Below, piece after piece: positions 11,993 to 23,510 of a DNA stretch of 64,000 nt (the first letter of the stretch is position 1; each line of letters begins with the position of its first letter). Below the pieces are notes generated by a model. It was not told where the DNA came from and searched no databases. It saw only the letters and a list, made by a program, of their open reading frames with translations. Source of the stretch: Octopus sinensis (Eukaryota); contig NC_043022.1 of the NCBI RefSeq assembly GCF_006345805.1, positions 5,022,001 through 5,086,000 on the forward strand, written 5' to 3'. Position numbers and translations under genes: made by a program.

Positions 11993-12979
11993 CTGTAGAA
12001 ACACTGCCAGATCTGACTGGCCTGGTGCAGCCTTCGGGCTTGCCAGACCCCAGTTGAACCGTCCAACCCATGCTAGCATGGAAAGCGGACGTTAAACGAT
12101 GATGATGATGATGATGATATATATATATATATATATATATAAGGCAGGTTTCTTTCAGTTTCTGTCTATCAAATCCACTCACAAGTCTTTGGTCAGCCTG
12201 AAGCTGTAGTAGAAGATACTTGCCCAAGGTGCCATGCAGTGGGACTGAACCCAGAACCCCTCCTCCTCATCTACACCCCTCCCCTCCTACTCCCCCTCTT
12301 CCCTGCCCTCCTCTCCATCATGATCATTATCATCATCATCATCATCATTGCGAATATTGTCTTGTTGTTGTTGTTGTTGTTCTTCTTCTTCTTCCTCTTC
12401 TTTTCCTTGATAGAAAGCAAGGAGAAGGAAAGAAAACCAAATCCATTTAGGGCTGACATCAAACTTAATGCAATACTAATTTCACTGACTTGTAAAAAAC
12501 AAAAAAGGGGCCACCAGTTCCATTCATGTAACGAGTATTTGTTTTTAATTAAGTCAATTAACAGAATCATTAGAACATCACTTGAAATACCTTGTAAACT
12601 CTGAGATCAACTTTTCTTTTCATCCTTTTGGTGTTGATCAAATAAGTGATAGGCCACAACTAAGTTAATGGAATTGGTTGAGCATCGGACAAAAAGTTTT
12701 GTGTCATATATTTTAGTTCTTTGAATTCTGAGTTCAAATCTTGTCAAGGTCAACTTTGTGTTTTATCATTCTGGGGCCAATAAAATGAAATAAAGCACCA
12801 TTTCTGGACAATGGACTGATGGAATTGTTTGACCATTGGACAAAATATCCTTTTAGAATTTCTTCTGGGTTCTACCATCCTGAGTTGAAATCTTGCCAAG
12901 GTCAATTTTGTGTTTTATCTTTCTGTGGAGGGGTGGGGATGTCAATAAAATAAAGTGACAGTCCAGAACAGTGAATAAA

Positions 12980-13480
12980 GGTCAAGGTTACCTTCTCAGG
13001 TCATACCTATTCATAAGGGCCGGTTTCCTGGTTTCATGGTGTATATATTCCCCACCTTGCCCATCACAGGATCAACTCATTTTTGCCAGCTGAGTGGACT
13101 GGAGCAACGTGAAATGAAGTGTTTTGCTCAAGAACACAACATGTCGCCCAGTCCAGGAATTGAAACCACAATCTTACGATCATGATGCTGACACCCTATC
13201 CACTAAGCAGTTATACACCTCCACAAAAAGTTAAGTAAAGTTACCTTCTTGAGTCATACCAACTCATAAGGGCCGGTTTCATGGTGTATATATCCTCCAC
13301 CTTGATGGGATGCTAATCCCTCACAGGATTACTCACTTTTGCCAACTTAGCGGGCTGGGGGTATTGAGTGGACTGAAATGAAGTGTTTTGCTCAAGAACA
13401 CAACATGTTTACCAGTCCAGGAATTGAAACTGCAATCTTATGATTATGAGTCCAATACCCTAACCACTAAGCCATGAGCT
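12980..13480 (-). mobile_element. Two tandem copies of SINE family E
   Basis: Repeated GTTACCTTCT...GAAATGAAGTGTTTTGCTCAAGAACACAAC...CACTAAGC units. Confidence 0.8.
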
Positions 13481-14021
13481 TCAACAAGTCCAGGACAATG
13501 GATTGAAAGAATTGTTTGACCACTGAACAAAATGTCCTATAAGAATGTCTTTTGGATTTTTACATTCTGAGTTCAAATCTGGAACAGATCATTTATGCTT
13601 TCCATCCTTCTGGGGCCGATGAAATAAAATGATAGTCCAAGACAATGGACTGGCAGAATTCTTTGACCAGTGGACAAAATGTTCTTTTAGTATTTCTTCT
13701 GGATCTTTACATGCCAAATGTCCAGAAAGTAAAGTGACCTTGTCCCTATTTCAGCTACAAAATGGTGTCTTGCAAAAACAGAAAATACCCTCGTACAAAC
13801 ACACATGCACACACACACACAAACATGTGTGCACACGTGTATACATACACATACGCACAAACACACATGCATACGTGTGTGTGTGTATTCACACACACAC
13901 ACACACACACATACACACATACACAAGATGACTAATTTGTGGTTCATAAACAATTAACTTCTTATCTTCCTCTTCTTTCTTCTTTTAAATGGATATAAGC
14001 TATACATACATACATATACAT

Positions 14022-14054
<33 letters not shown>

Positions 14055-14516
14055 CAAAATGAGAAAATGGAGAAATATATCTAAATCATTCATCATCTAT
14101 CAGATAATACCGAATCATATACTTTATTAAAACACTACACAAGAGCATTAAGATTAGACATTAATACAGTACAATAATTACAATCAATATAATGAGATAT
14201 AACTAAATAAATATAACAAGATATAAAAATACATATACATTATAACTGACAGCTGTTTCAGCCATGCAGATAAGTATGTCTCATTTAACCTATTAGCCAT
14301 ATATTGCATATATATCCTGGATGAGCCCATAGGTATTTTACAGGCACATGCATGACTGTATAGACACAGGCGTGACTGTGTGGTAAGAAGTTTCAGTCCC
14401 ACTGCGTGGCACCTTGGGCAAGTGTCTTCTACAAAGACCTCGGGCCAACCAAAGCATTGCGAGTGGACTTGGGAAACGGAAACTGAATGAAGCTCATTGT
14501 ATGTATTTATTATCCA

Positions 14517-14831
14517 AAATGTATAGTTTTAAATATCAGTCACAGTTGATCTTACCAATCTGTTTCACGTAAAGGAATGGAGTGTAAGGTAACAATCCGA
14601 TTATATAACTTTACGCTCATAAGAGTTAGTCGATATGGCAGGGAATATGGCGACTGCTGCTCTCTGTTGTCAGAGGTTTAATAATAGAGAGCAGTTGCCA
14701 TATTCCCTTCCATATCAGCTAACTCTTATGAGCGTAAAGTTATATGATCGGATTGTTACCTAACACTTCATTTCTTTACGTGAAACAGATTGGTAAGATC
14801 AACTGTGACTGATATTTAATACTATACATTT
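14517..14831. repeat. ~315 bp inverted-repeat hairpin with an HHR-like fold in each arm
   Basis: Arms match over ~145 bp. The right arm has CTTATGA GCGTAAAG...CTTTACGT GAAAC AGATTG GTA. Confidence 0.85.
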
Positions 14832-14943
14832 CAGATAATATACCCACTCTACTGACAGATATATGAGTGCATCTTTTCCCTGACTTATGCTCTCTTAGAC
14901 TCACTTGTGCATATATGTATGTATGTCTATATACATACACTCA

Positions 14944-14990
<47 letters not shown>

Positions 14991-15274
14991 AATGCATATA
15001 TTTATGTGTGTGTATGTCTGTGTTTGTCCCCCCCATCACTGCTTGACAAGCAGTGTTGGTGTGTTCATGTCCCCATAGCTCAGCAGTTCAGTAAAAGAAA
15101 CTGATATAATAAGTATCAGGCTTAAAAAGTAAATACCGGGGTCGATTCATGCGACTAAAAAATTCAAGGAGATGCTCCAGCATGACCGTAATTAAATGAC
15201 TGAAACAAGTAAAAGAATATATATATATGTGTGTGTGTGTATATATATTTATGTATATATATATATATCTATAC

Positions 15275-15310
<36 letters not shown>

Positions 15311-15318
15311 GAATGAGT

Positions 15319-15364
<46 letters not shown>

Positions 15365-15761
15365 AAAAAAAAAGTCAAGGTAGAAAATGCTAAAATAATT
15401 TTATAAAGAACATTTCAGTACCAGTTTCAGTCATTGAGACTTTTTCAAATTTAAGCATGGAAAACAATTAAATTGTGGAAAAATTGAAGGAAAAGATTTT
15501 TAAAAGAATATTTGTATAGTATTCAAATACAAGGGGCATTTTCCTTGTTTCTGCCTGTTTCTGTCTCTCTTGTTTGCTCTTGTGGGTTCGACCATGCTTT
15601 TTATGATTCTGTCCATTCTGCCTAACAAATATCTTAGTTGTTAGAAAGGCCTATTTTTGTTCGTCTCCTGTACTTTTTTCTGTGTCTCTGTCCACTATTT
15701 TGCCTGCAATCGTTACTTCTGAGCTGCATATGAAACTATTTATTTTGTTTATTCACGTATA

Positions 15762-16165
15762 GGCGCAGGAGTGGCTGTGTGGGAAGTAGCTTGCTTACCA
15801 ACCACATGGTTCCGGGTTCAGTCCCACTGCGCGGCACCTTGGGCAAGTGTCTTCTACTATAGCCTCGGGCCGACCAAAGCCTTGCGAGTGGATTTGGTAG
15901 ATGGAAACTGAAAGAAGCCCGTCGTATATATGTATATATATATATGTGTGTGTGTGTTTGTGTGTCTGTGTTTGTCCCCCTAGCATTGCTTGACAACCGA
16001 TGCTGGTGTGTTTATGTCCCCGTTACTTAGCGGTTTGGCAAAAGGGACCGATAGAATAAATACTGGGCTTACAAAGAATAAGTCCCGGGGTCGAGTTGCT
16101 CGATTAAAGGCGGTGTTCCAGCATGGCCGCAGTCAAATGACTGAAACAAGTAAAAGAGTTAGAGT
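15762..16165 (+). mobile_element. SINE family A, full-length young copy
   Basis: Complete head, body and GTAAAAGAG tail. Nearly identical to 62245-62640 and 37400-37805. Confidence 0.9.
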
Positions 16166-16309
16166 AAAGAGAGAGAGAGTACCCAGGTGGAGGGTAAAGT
16201 TAGAATAAGGGGCCCAGGTCTGAAATGGTTAATACGCCTTGTCATTACAAGCCAAATCCAACCTCTGTTTGGTCATATGAAAGCTGGTTTTAAATTCCAT
16301 TGCTAACAG

Positions 16310-16446
16310 TGTCAAGAAGATATGACCTGCACTTTGTAAAAACTAATGAATCCAAAAGGATTGAAATCACCATGTTTCGCTCGTTAAACAACTCCAGTTC
16401 GTTTGACATGTTCATTAGCCCTGAAATTATTCCAGAGAAAGATAAC
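16310..16446 (+). CDS. Candidate internal host exon (SRRYDLHFVKTNESKRIEITMFRSLNNSSSFDMFISPEIIPEKDN)
   Basis: Unique sequence between repeats. Acceptor ...CCATTGCTAACAG and donor AAC|GTATGC. Only one of three frames is open and the composition is protein-like. Product not identified. Confidence 0.4.
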
Positions 16447-16628
16447 GTATGCATCTTTATAAATAATTGATTAAGTGTAAATTGTCATTCTAAAGAAAGA
16501 TATCCTGTTGGTGGAGTTGTTTAATCATTAATCCAGGTGACTAATTTGCATTATATTCAAATCTTCAAAATTATTGTGGATTGCAGTGCACGTCAAACAC
16601 TGGAATGTGTGTGTGTTTGTGTGTTTGC

Positions 16629-16673
<45 letters not shown>

Positions 16674-16715
16674 TTAACAGTGTGTTAAATACTCATATAT
16701 ACACATACATGTTTG

Positions 16716-16770
<55 letters not shown>

Positions 16771-17033
16771 ACACACATATACAGAGGCTTACATTTATAC
16801 ATATATCCATCGATTTAACCACCTACCATTCTATCTTCCCATCCAAATGTCCATACTTACACATGTGTGTGTGTATATATATATATATATACACACACAC
16901 ACATACACATACATATATATAATATATATCAGTATCTATCTATCTATCTATCTATCTCTCTCTCTGTGTCTCTCTCTTTCTGTCTGTCTGTCTGTCTGTC
17001 TGTCTGTTCTCTCTCTCTCTCTCTCTCTCTATG

Positions 17034-17069
<36 letters not shown>

Positions 17070-17158
17070 ACTTATATATATATATGTATATATCATCATC
17101 GTGACACCATCATCAGCATAATCATGACACCACCACAACCATCACCACCATCATCATC

Positions 17159-17208
<50 letters not shown>

Positions 17209-17963
17209 TTAACATTTGCTTTCCATGCTGGCATGTGTTGAATGGTTTGACCTGAGCTGGTCAGCTGAGGGGTCAGCACTGGATTCCAGGCTGTGTGGCA
17301 CAGTTTCTATGATTGGAAGCTCTTCCTGGTGCCAACTGCTTTACAGAATGTGTTGGGTACTTCTATGTGGCACTGCGTGACTGTTTTTGTGTGGCATCAC
17401 GCAGGCACTTTTATATGGACTACATGGGTGCTTTTATATCATGCTACATGGGCACTTTCATGCAGCACCACATGGGCAGTTTTATGTGGCACTGCAAAGA
17501 CACTTTTACGTGACACTGCACAGTGTGACACCACATGGGCATAGGGGTTGTTACTGTTGCTGGGTGCTAGATTTGGTCTGACCATTCCTTGGTTTAGCAC
17601 CATTACTTGGTTCCAAGGGTGGGTCATGCTGTCTTTAGATGTTCATACATGGGGTTGTTCAGCTCTGGACCCCACGAGTCCAGGGGCCCTGGTGCTTTGG
17701 TTTATCTTTGACCTTTCACTTAGTTCAACCACTGAGCTGTGAACATGCAGGGGCACCACTATGAAGGGTTTTTAGTCAGACATATTGACCCTTATTCTTT
17801 CTTTTTATTATAGCCTGGTGCTTAATTTATCAGTCACATTTGCTAAACTGCTAAGTTATAGGGATCAAGCTGTGGAAATATAGAGGCATTTATGCAGATA
17901 AACTGTTATATTTAATATATCTAATTTGTTTATCTACTATCTATCTGTCTGTCTGTCTGTTTG

Positions 17964-18083
<120 letters not shown>

Positions 18084-18364
18084 TCATCATCATCGTTTAA
18101 CGTCCGTTATATATATATATATATAACTGTTATATTTAACACATCTAATTTGTTTATCTGAATAATTGCCTCCACATCAGCCCAACTTGATCCCTCTCTT
18201 GACCTTGTGGAATCAGCCCCCTGTAAACACATCGGAACCTAAGTTTGAATCTTTTGAGTAATACTAAGTGTCTTCTATACTAAGTTATAGGGAAATAAAC
18301 AAAGCAACAACAGTGGAGGTGGGGTGGGCTGCACGCGAGCACACACAAACACACACACACATGG

Positions 18365-18752
18365 GCAGCACTCCGTCGGTTACGACAATGAGGGTTCCGG
18401 TTGATCCGAATCAATGGAACAAACAGCCTGCTCGAGAAATTAACGTGTAAGTGGCTGAGCACTCCACAGACACGTGTACCCTTAACGTAGTTCTCGGGGA
18501 TATTCAGCGTGACACAGAGAGTGACAAGGCCGGCCCTTTGAAATACAGGTACAACAGAAACAGGAAGTAAGAGCGAGAGAAAGTTGTGGTGAAAGAGTAC
18601 AGCAGGGATCACCACCATCCCCTGCCGGAGCCTCGTGGAGCTTTTTAGGTGTTTTCGCTCAATAAACACTCACAACGCCTGGTCTGGGAATCGAAACCGC
18701 GATCCTATGACCGCGAGTCCGCTGACCTAACCACTGGGCCATTGCGCCTCCA
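18365..18752 (-). mobile_element. tRNA-derived SINE family C
   Basis: Reverse complement of 60395-60775, with A box TGGCCCAGTGGTTAGG and B box GGTTTCGATTCCC. Confidence 0.9.
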
Positions 18753-18773
18753 CACACACACACATACACACAA

Positions 18774-18826
<53 letters not shown>

Positions 18827-19631
18827 GATATGACTGTTGTGACGCTGAGGCAGCGTCTTGAAGGCTTTTAGTTGAACAAATCGACCCCAGGAACCACATG
18901 GTTGAGAAGTAAGCTTTTTACCACACAGCCACTGCAGCACTTATAAATATATATATATATTTGCTTCCCAGCCACATGGTTCCGGGTTCAGTCCCACTGC
19001 ATGGCACCTTGGGTAAGTGTTTTCTACTATAGCTTTGGACCGACCAAAGCCATGTAAGAGGATTTGGTAAACGGAGACTGAAAGAAGCCTGTTGTATATG
19101 TGTGTTTATGTATATGTATGTGTGTGTGTATGTATATCTTTGTGTGTCTGTGTTTCTCCCTGGAAATTTCCGAGGATGAGTTAGTTAATAGATTAGTTAC
19201 TCCATTGACCAATTTATCAATCAGCTGCTTTTTAGTAGTTTTTCAAACTTATATATACTCTTTTACTTGTTTCAGTCATTTGACTGTGGCCATGCTGGCG
19301 CACCGCCTTTAATCGAGCAAATCGACCCCGGGACTTATTCTTTGTAAGCCCAGTACTTATTCTATCGGTCCCTTTTGCTGAACCGCTAAGTGACGGGGAC
19401 GCAAACACACCAGATTGATTGTCAAGCAATGCTAGGGGGACAAACACAGACACACAAACACACACACATACATATATATATACATATACACGACGGGCTT
19501 CTTTCAGTTTCCATCTACCAAATCCACTCACAAGGCTTTGGTCGGCCCGAGGCTATAGTAGAAGACACTTGCCCAAGGTGTCATGCAGTGGGACTGAACC
19601 CGGAACCATGTGGTTGGTAAACAAGCTACTT

Positions 19632-21608
19632 TATTTCAACAATTTTGCCACTAGGGCAGCACACAGAGTAGCTACGGGCTGGACAAAGACATTAATGGAT
19701 GATGGTGGTGGTGGATGAAGATGGTGATGGGAGAAGTCAAAAAGTGCCCGCCGACTCTCGCTTCTCTAAAACAATGTTCTTTTTTTTTCCAATAATTTTA
19801 CAAAATTTCCAAAATTTTACAAAAATTCAAAAATTCCACAAAAATTCCAAATTTTACAATTTACAATTTCAAAAGTTTTTCCAGAGGCAATAAACCTCTA
19901 TCACAATATAACCCAAATACAGGTTCACGTTACCCGACCGATGAACGCTCTTGCTTTAATGACGCAATCGTTCTTCGTCAGGCCCCCGCATATAGGTATA
20001 ACTTGCAAGAGATCCTCCGGGAAAGAATTCTCGATCCTGCACATATCATTTTCGAGTAGGACCTCTGCAGCCAGCTGCGAGGGCCACTCGGGATACTCCA
20101 TGCAGGACCGAAGTCCCTCCCATTGGTTTCTCTTCCTCATCTTACCTATTTCATTCTCTAATGTACCTCCTTTGTAGAAGAGGACTACATAATATTTCTC
20201 CGGCCCCACAACCGCCGGAGGACACATGGGAGATGCCGTCTGCGTGTTACAATCCGCTGGCGGCGTCCCGTTTCTTTTCTTTCTTTTTTTCTTTTTACCC
20301 TGGGCCACGGGAGGTTGAGGTTCCGGCGTTGCACACGCCGGGTCCACTCTTTCTCCCGTAGCTTCCGGGTCTTTTAGTGGGTCACCATTGTTTCCCACTT
20401 TTCGTTTTCTTGTTGAGGAAGCCACTGCTTCCTCATTCTGTTTCTCTCCCTCCATTGGTGGGGCAGGGAGAGGCTCTGATATTAACTTCTCCAGGATCCT
20501 ACTCTGGTCCCTGGGGCAGTTCTTCTTAATGTGGCCGGTCTCCAAACACAGGTGACACTTGGGGGGGGGGCGTCCCTCAAGCATCACCGGATACTTGGAC
20601 CCGGCCATCCTCAAAAAGTCCGGCAAAACCAGACTCTTGGCTGATTGGGTCCATAGAGTTAAAGTAGCCTTTGACCCCTCCCAATCAGCCGCAGGCTGCA
20701 TTCTTACGTTCAGGATCTTGGCGCTACCACCACTCAGACCCCGTCGGATAGAATCTTCCACCCACTCGGGCTCAAAGCCGGGTGGCAGGCCGCAGACCCA
20801 TAATCTTATTAATTTTTCTCCCTTGTAGCTTGGGAGAAACAAAATCTCTTCGCCCTCAATGGGCTTGCTTGCGAAATTGCAAGCTGCTTTAGGGGAGTCA
20901 AACAGCAACCAAATCGTTGCGTATTTGGCTCCCCATTGAATGTATTTAACGGCTGGCATATAGTCTGCCAGCTCGTTCATAATAGTGGCTTTCGGAAAAA
21001 CCATTATGGTGTTGAGTGACTTTGAATAAGTCCTCAACACCACGGTTTTGTCCTCCAGCTCCTTCAGGTACCCTTCGGAGGTTTAACTCCATATGGTTAA
21101 CTCCTTTTTTGCCATAACAAAAGTCCAATAAGAAAAAACACAATGACAGAACAGAAAGACAGAGCAGAGAAAAGGACGAAGGAAGACAGTTCAAATAATG
21201 GCAACACAGTTCTGCAACTGGTAATCCTCACGAAACAGGGTACTCCAGTTGCAGCACACTTGGTTCTCTGTGGTAAATCCAAGCACAATTGGTTCTCCGT
21301 GGTAAATCCAAGCGAACAAATTAATTTTCGAGGAGGGGCTATGCCTCTCAAAACACACAATTCTCACTAAAAGGTGAGACAATAAATATGCCAACAGGCA
21401 GAACAAATACATCCGAAGCAAAGAGAAGCTTATTACGCGCAGAAAAGTGTTAACACTAATTAACATTAATGCCAAAAAGTATTAACGGCAAGCAATAAAC
21501 CTCACTATGCTTCCAAAAATATCCAAAATGTCCTACCTGTTGCCGTAAAATGTTCAATATTTCACGTTAACACGTGACATTTGCCGGAGCAAAAAAAACA
21601 CGTCTGTC
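19632..21608 (-). mobile_element. ORF1-only non-LTR retroelement (half-LINE/HAL1-like candidate)
   Basis: Flanked by a TSD: exact AAGCTACTT at 19623-19631 and 21616-21624, extendable to TGGTAA(AC/G)AAGCTACTT. Has a ~490-nt 5' UTR, one ORF, a ~290-nt 3' UTR and AATAAA at the 3' junction. No RT or endonuclease. Confidence 0.75.
19925..21043 (-). CDS. Gag/LINE ORF1-like nucleic-acid-binding protein with CCHC zinc knuckle
   Basis: 372 aa with CHLCLETGHIKKNC (C-x2-C-x4-H-x4-C), an RRM-like N-terminal half and a basic disordered linker. An in-frame ATG at 21115 is separated by one TAA at 21083-21085. Confidence 0.8.
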   Translation of the reverse strand: MVLRTYSKSLNTIMVFPKATIMNELADYMPAVKYIQWGAKYATIWLLFDSPKAACNFASKPIEGEEILFLPSYKGEKLIRLWVCGLPPGFEPEWVEDSIRRGLSGGSAKILNVRMQPAADWEGSKATLTLWTQSAKSLVLPDFLRMAGSKYPVMLEGRPPPKCHLCLETGHIKKNCPRDQSRILEKLISEPLPAPPMEGEKQNEEAVASSTRKRKVGNNGDPLKDPEATGERVDPACATPEPQPPVAQGKKKKRKKRNGTPPADCNTQTASPMCPPAVVGPEKYYVVLFYKGGTLENEIGKMRKRNQWEGLRSCMEYPEWPSQLAAEVLLENDMCRIENSFPEDLLQVIPICGGLTKNDCVIKARAFIGRVT

Positions 21609-22053
21609 TGGTAAGAAGCTACTTACCACACAGCCACTCCTGTGCCTGTTAAACACTTTCGTCAAACGGTTAAACATTCAAATGTTCAGCATTGTTAGTG
21701 TTGCCATTTCCTTTTTTTTTGTCAAATAATTATTTTATTGTATTGTTGCAGTCTCTTCAGTGACATGTCTCTCTACTTACATTTCTTTTGAACTTGTGTT
21801 CAAGAGTTGCAAACCAAATACAAATACATACTATATATATATATATATATATAATATAAATTAAATTAGAGATAAAACTCCCTAATATTATTATATTATT
21901 ATATATATATATATATATATGTATATTTAAGTAGGGGAATGAATTATCCTATGTTTATCGTCAGCATGGAATTCGTCTAACCGAAACCTGGGTAGCAGGT
22001 CGAGAGTAAAGGAATTTTGTTAACATCTTCGTTCGACTCCATTCTTCCATTTA

Positions 22054-22140
<87 letters not shown>

Positions 22141-22238
22141 GTATATATATAATATGTATATATATATATGTATATATATATATGTATATATATATATATG
22201 TATATTATATATATGTATATATATATACAAACATGTTG

Positions 22239-22297
<59 letters not shown>

Positions 22298-22309
22298 CTA
22301 AACTATAAT

Positions 22310-22555
22310 GCCCCCCTTTTAAAGCCTAGCCAGGCTCATGGCCCCAGTTTCCCGGTTTCAATGGTGTATGTGTTCCCCAGCTGGACGGGACGCCAGTCCA
22401 TCGCAGCGTTACTCATTTTGTCAGCAGAATGGACTGGAGCAACATGAAATGAGGTGTTTTGTTCAAGAACACAACGCGTTACCCGGTCCAGGAATCGAAA
22501 CTACGATCTTATGATCATGATGCTGACACCTTAACCATAAGCCACATGCCTCCAC
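22310..22555 (-). mobile_element. SINE family E
   Basis: Homologous to 12980-13225. Confidence 0.75.
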
Positions 22556-22601
22556 ACATATATAGACATATAAACACGTGTTGATATATGTATATATATA
22601 G

Positions 22602-23048
22602 ATATTTTTACATACAAAATTTAAAGGACTGACCACTAAAAGTGGACGGTCAACATGCTAGATATAGACGTCAAATCGCTATTTTCCACAAAAGTGAAAG
22701 CATTTGAAAGATACAGAAAAATATAATCATTGGACTCCATGCATGCGAGACTCCAGTCAAACATTTTTGCATCTAGTCCTGCAAATTGTATTTCTATGTG
22801 ACAAACCATGCTGACGAGATTACAGTTTATTTTTGCAGATATTAACAATCGAAACTGATCGGTACATGGGTAATCATTTTTATTTCGTATATTTTCGTTT
22901 GTCTTGCTTATTTTTAATGCTTTGGTTTGTGCTGAGTTTTTATTTGAGAACATATTCTTTGTGGAAAATAGCGATTTGACGTCTATATCTAGCATGTTGA
23001 CCGTCCACTTTTAGTGGTCAGTCCTTTAAATTTTGTATGTAAAAATAT
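22602..23048 (+). mobile_element. PLE-derived HHR-bearing unit with 91-bp inverted tail (copy 2)
   Basis: 22602-22692 is the exact reverse complement of 22958-23048. The interior matches 131-480. Confidence 0.8.
22806..22869 (+). ncRNA. Type-I hammerhead ribozyme motif, canonical core
   Basis: CCATG CTGACGA GATT...AATC GAAAC TGATCG GTA CATGG. Perfect 5-bp stem I, 4-bp stem II, near-palindromic stem III and GUA site. Confidence 0.85.
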
Positions 23049-23134
23049 TTTAATCTTCGGATTTTTTTAATATGCTGGGCCACTGGTTTTAATTGATTAA
23101 TATCAATTTCTACCCTTATTCAATTTTATATATC

Positions 23135-23510
23135 TCTCTTTTCTCTCTTTTACTTGTTTCAGTCATTTGACTGTGGCCATGCTGGAGCACCGCTTTTAGT
23201 CGAGCAAATCGACCCCGGGACTTATTCTTTGTAAGCCCAGTACTTATTCTATCGGTCTCTTTTGCCGAACCGCTAAGTGACGGGGATGTAAACACACCAG
23301 CATCGGTTGTCAAGCAATGCTAGGGGGACAAACACAGACATACAAACACATACACACACATACATATATATATATATACACATATATACGACCGGCTTCT
23401 TTCAGTTTCCGTCTACCAAGTCTACTCACAAGGCTTTGTTCGGCCTGAAGCTATAGAAGACACTTGCCCAAGGTGCCACGCAGTGGGACTGAACCCAGAA
23501 CCATGTGGTA
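23135..23510 (-). mobile_element. SINE family A
   Basis: Reverse complement of the family-A body and tail. Confidence 0.85.

Larger units (their letters stand above)
19255..21645 (-). mobile_element. SINE family A split by a 2-kb insertion
   Basis: The body ends ...GGTTGGTAAACAAGCTACTT at 19631 and the head resumes AAGCTACTTACCACACAGCCACTCC at 21616. Confidence 0.9.

Noticed and set aside
15762-15850. tRNA-like A/B boxes in SINE heads called as tRNA genes
   Set aside because: No full cloverleaf or terminator, and they continue into multi-copy SINE bodies.
17290-17545. Degenerate ~22-bp repeats (TTTTATGTGGCAC)
   Set aside because: Explained as expansion of the TTTTACGTGCCAC-type repeats already present in RTE 3' tails.
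22602-23048. Interpretation as a DNA-transposon MITE with 91-bp TIRs
   Set aside because: The second copy (131-480) lacks the extra arm, no characteristic TSD is seen, and an internal HHR plus inverted tail fit a PLE-type insertion better.
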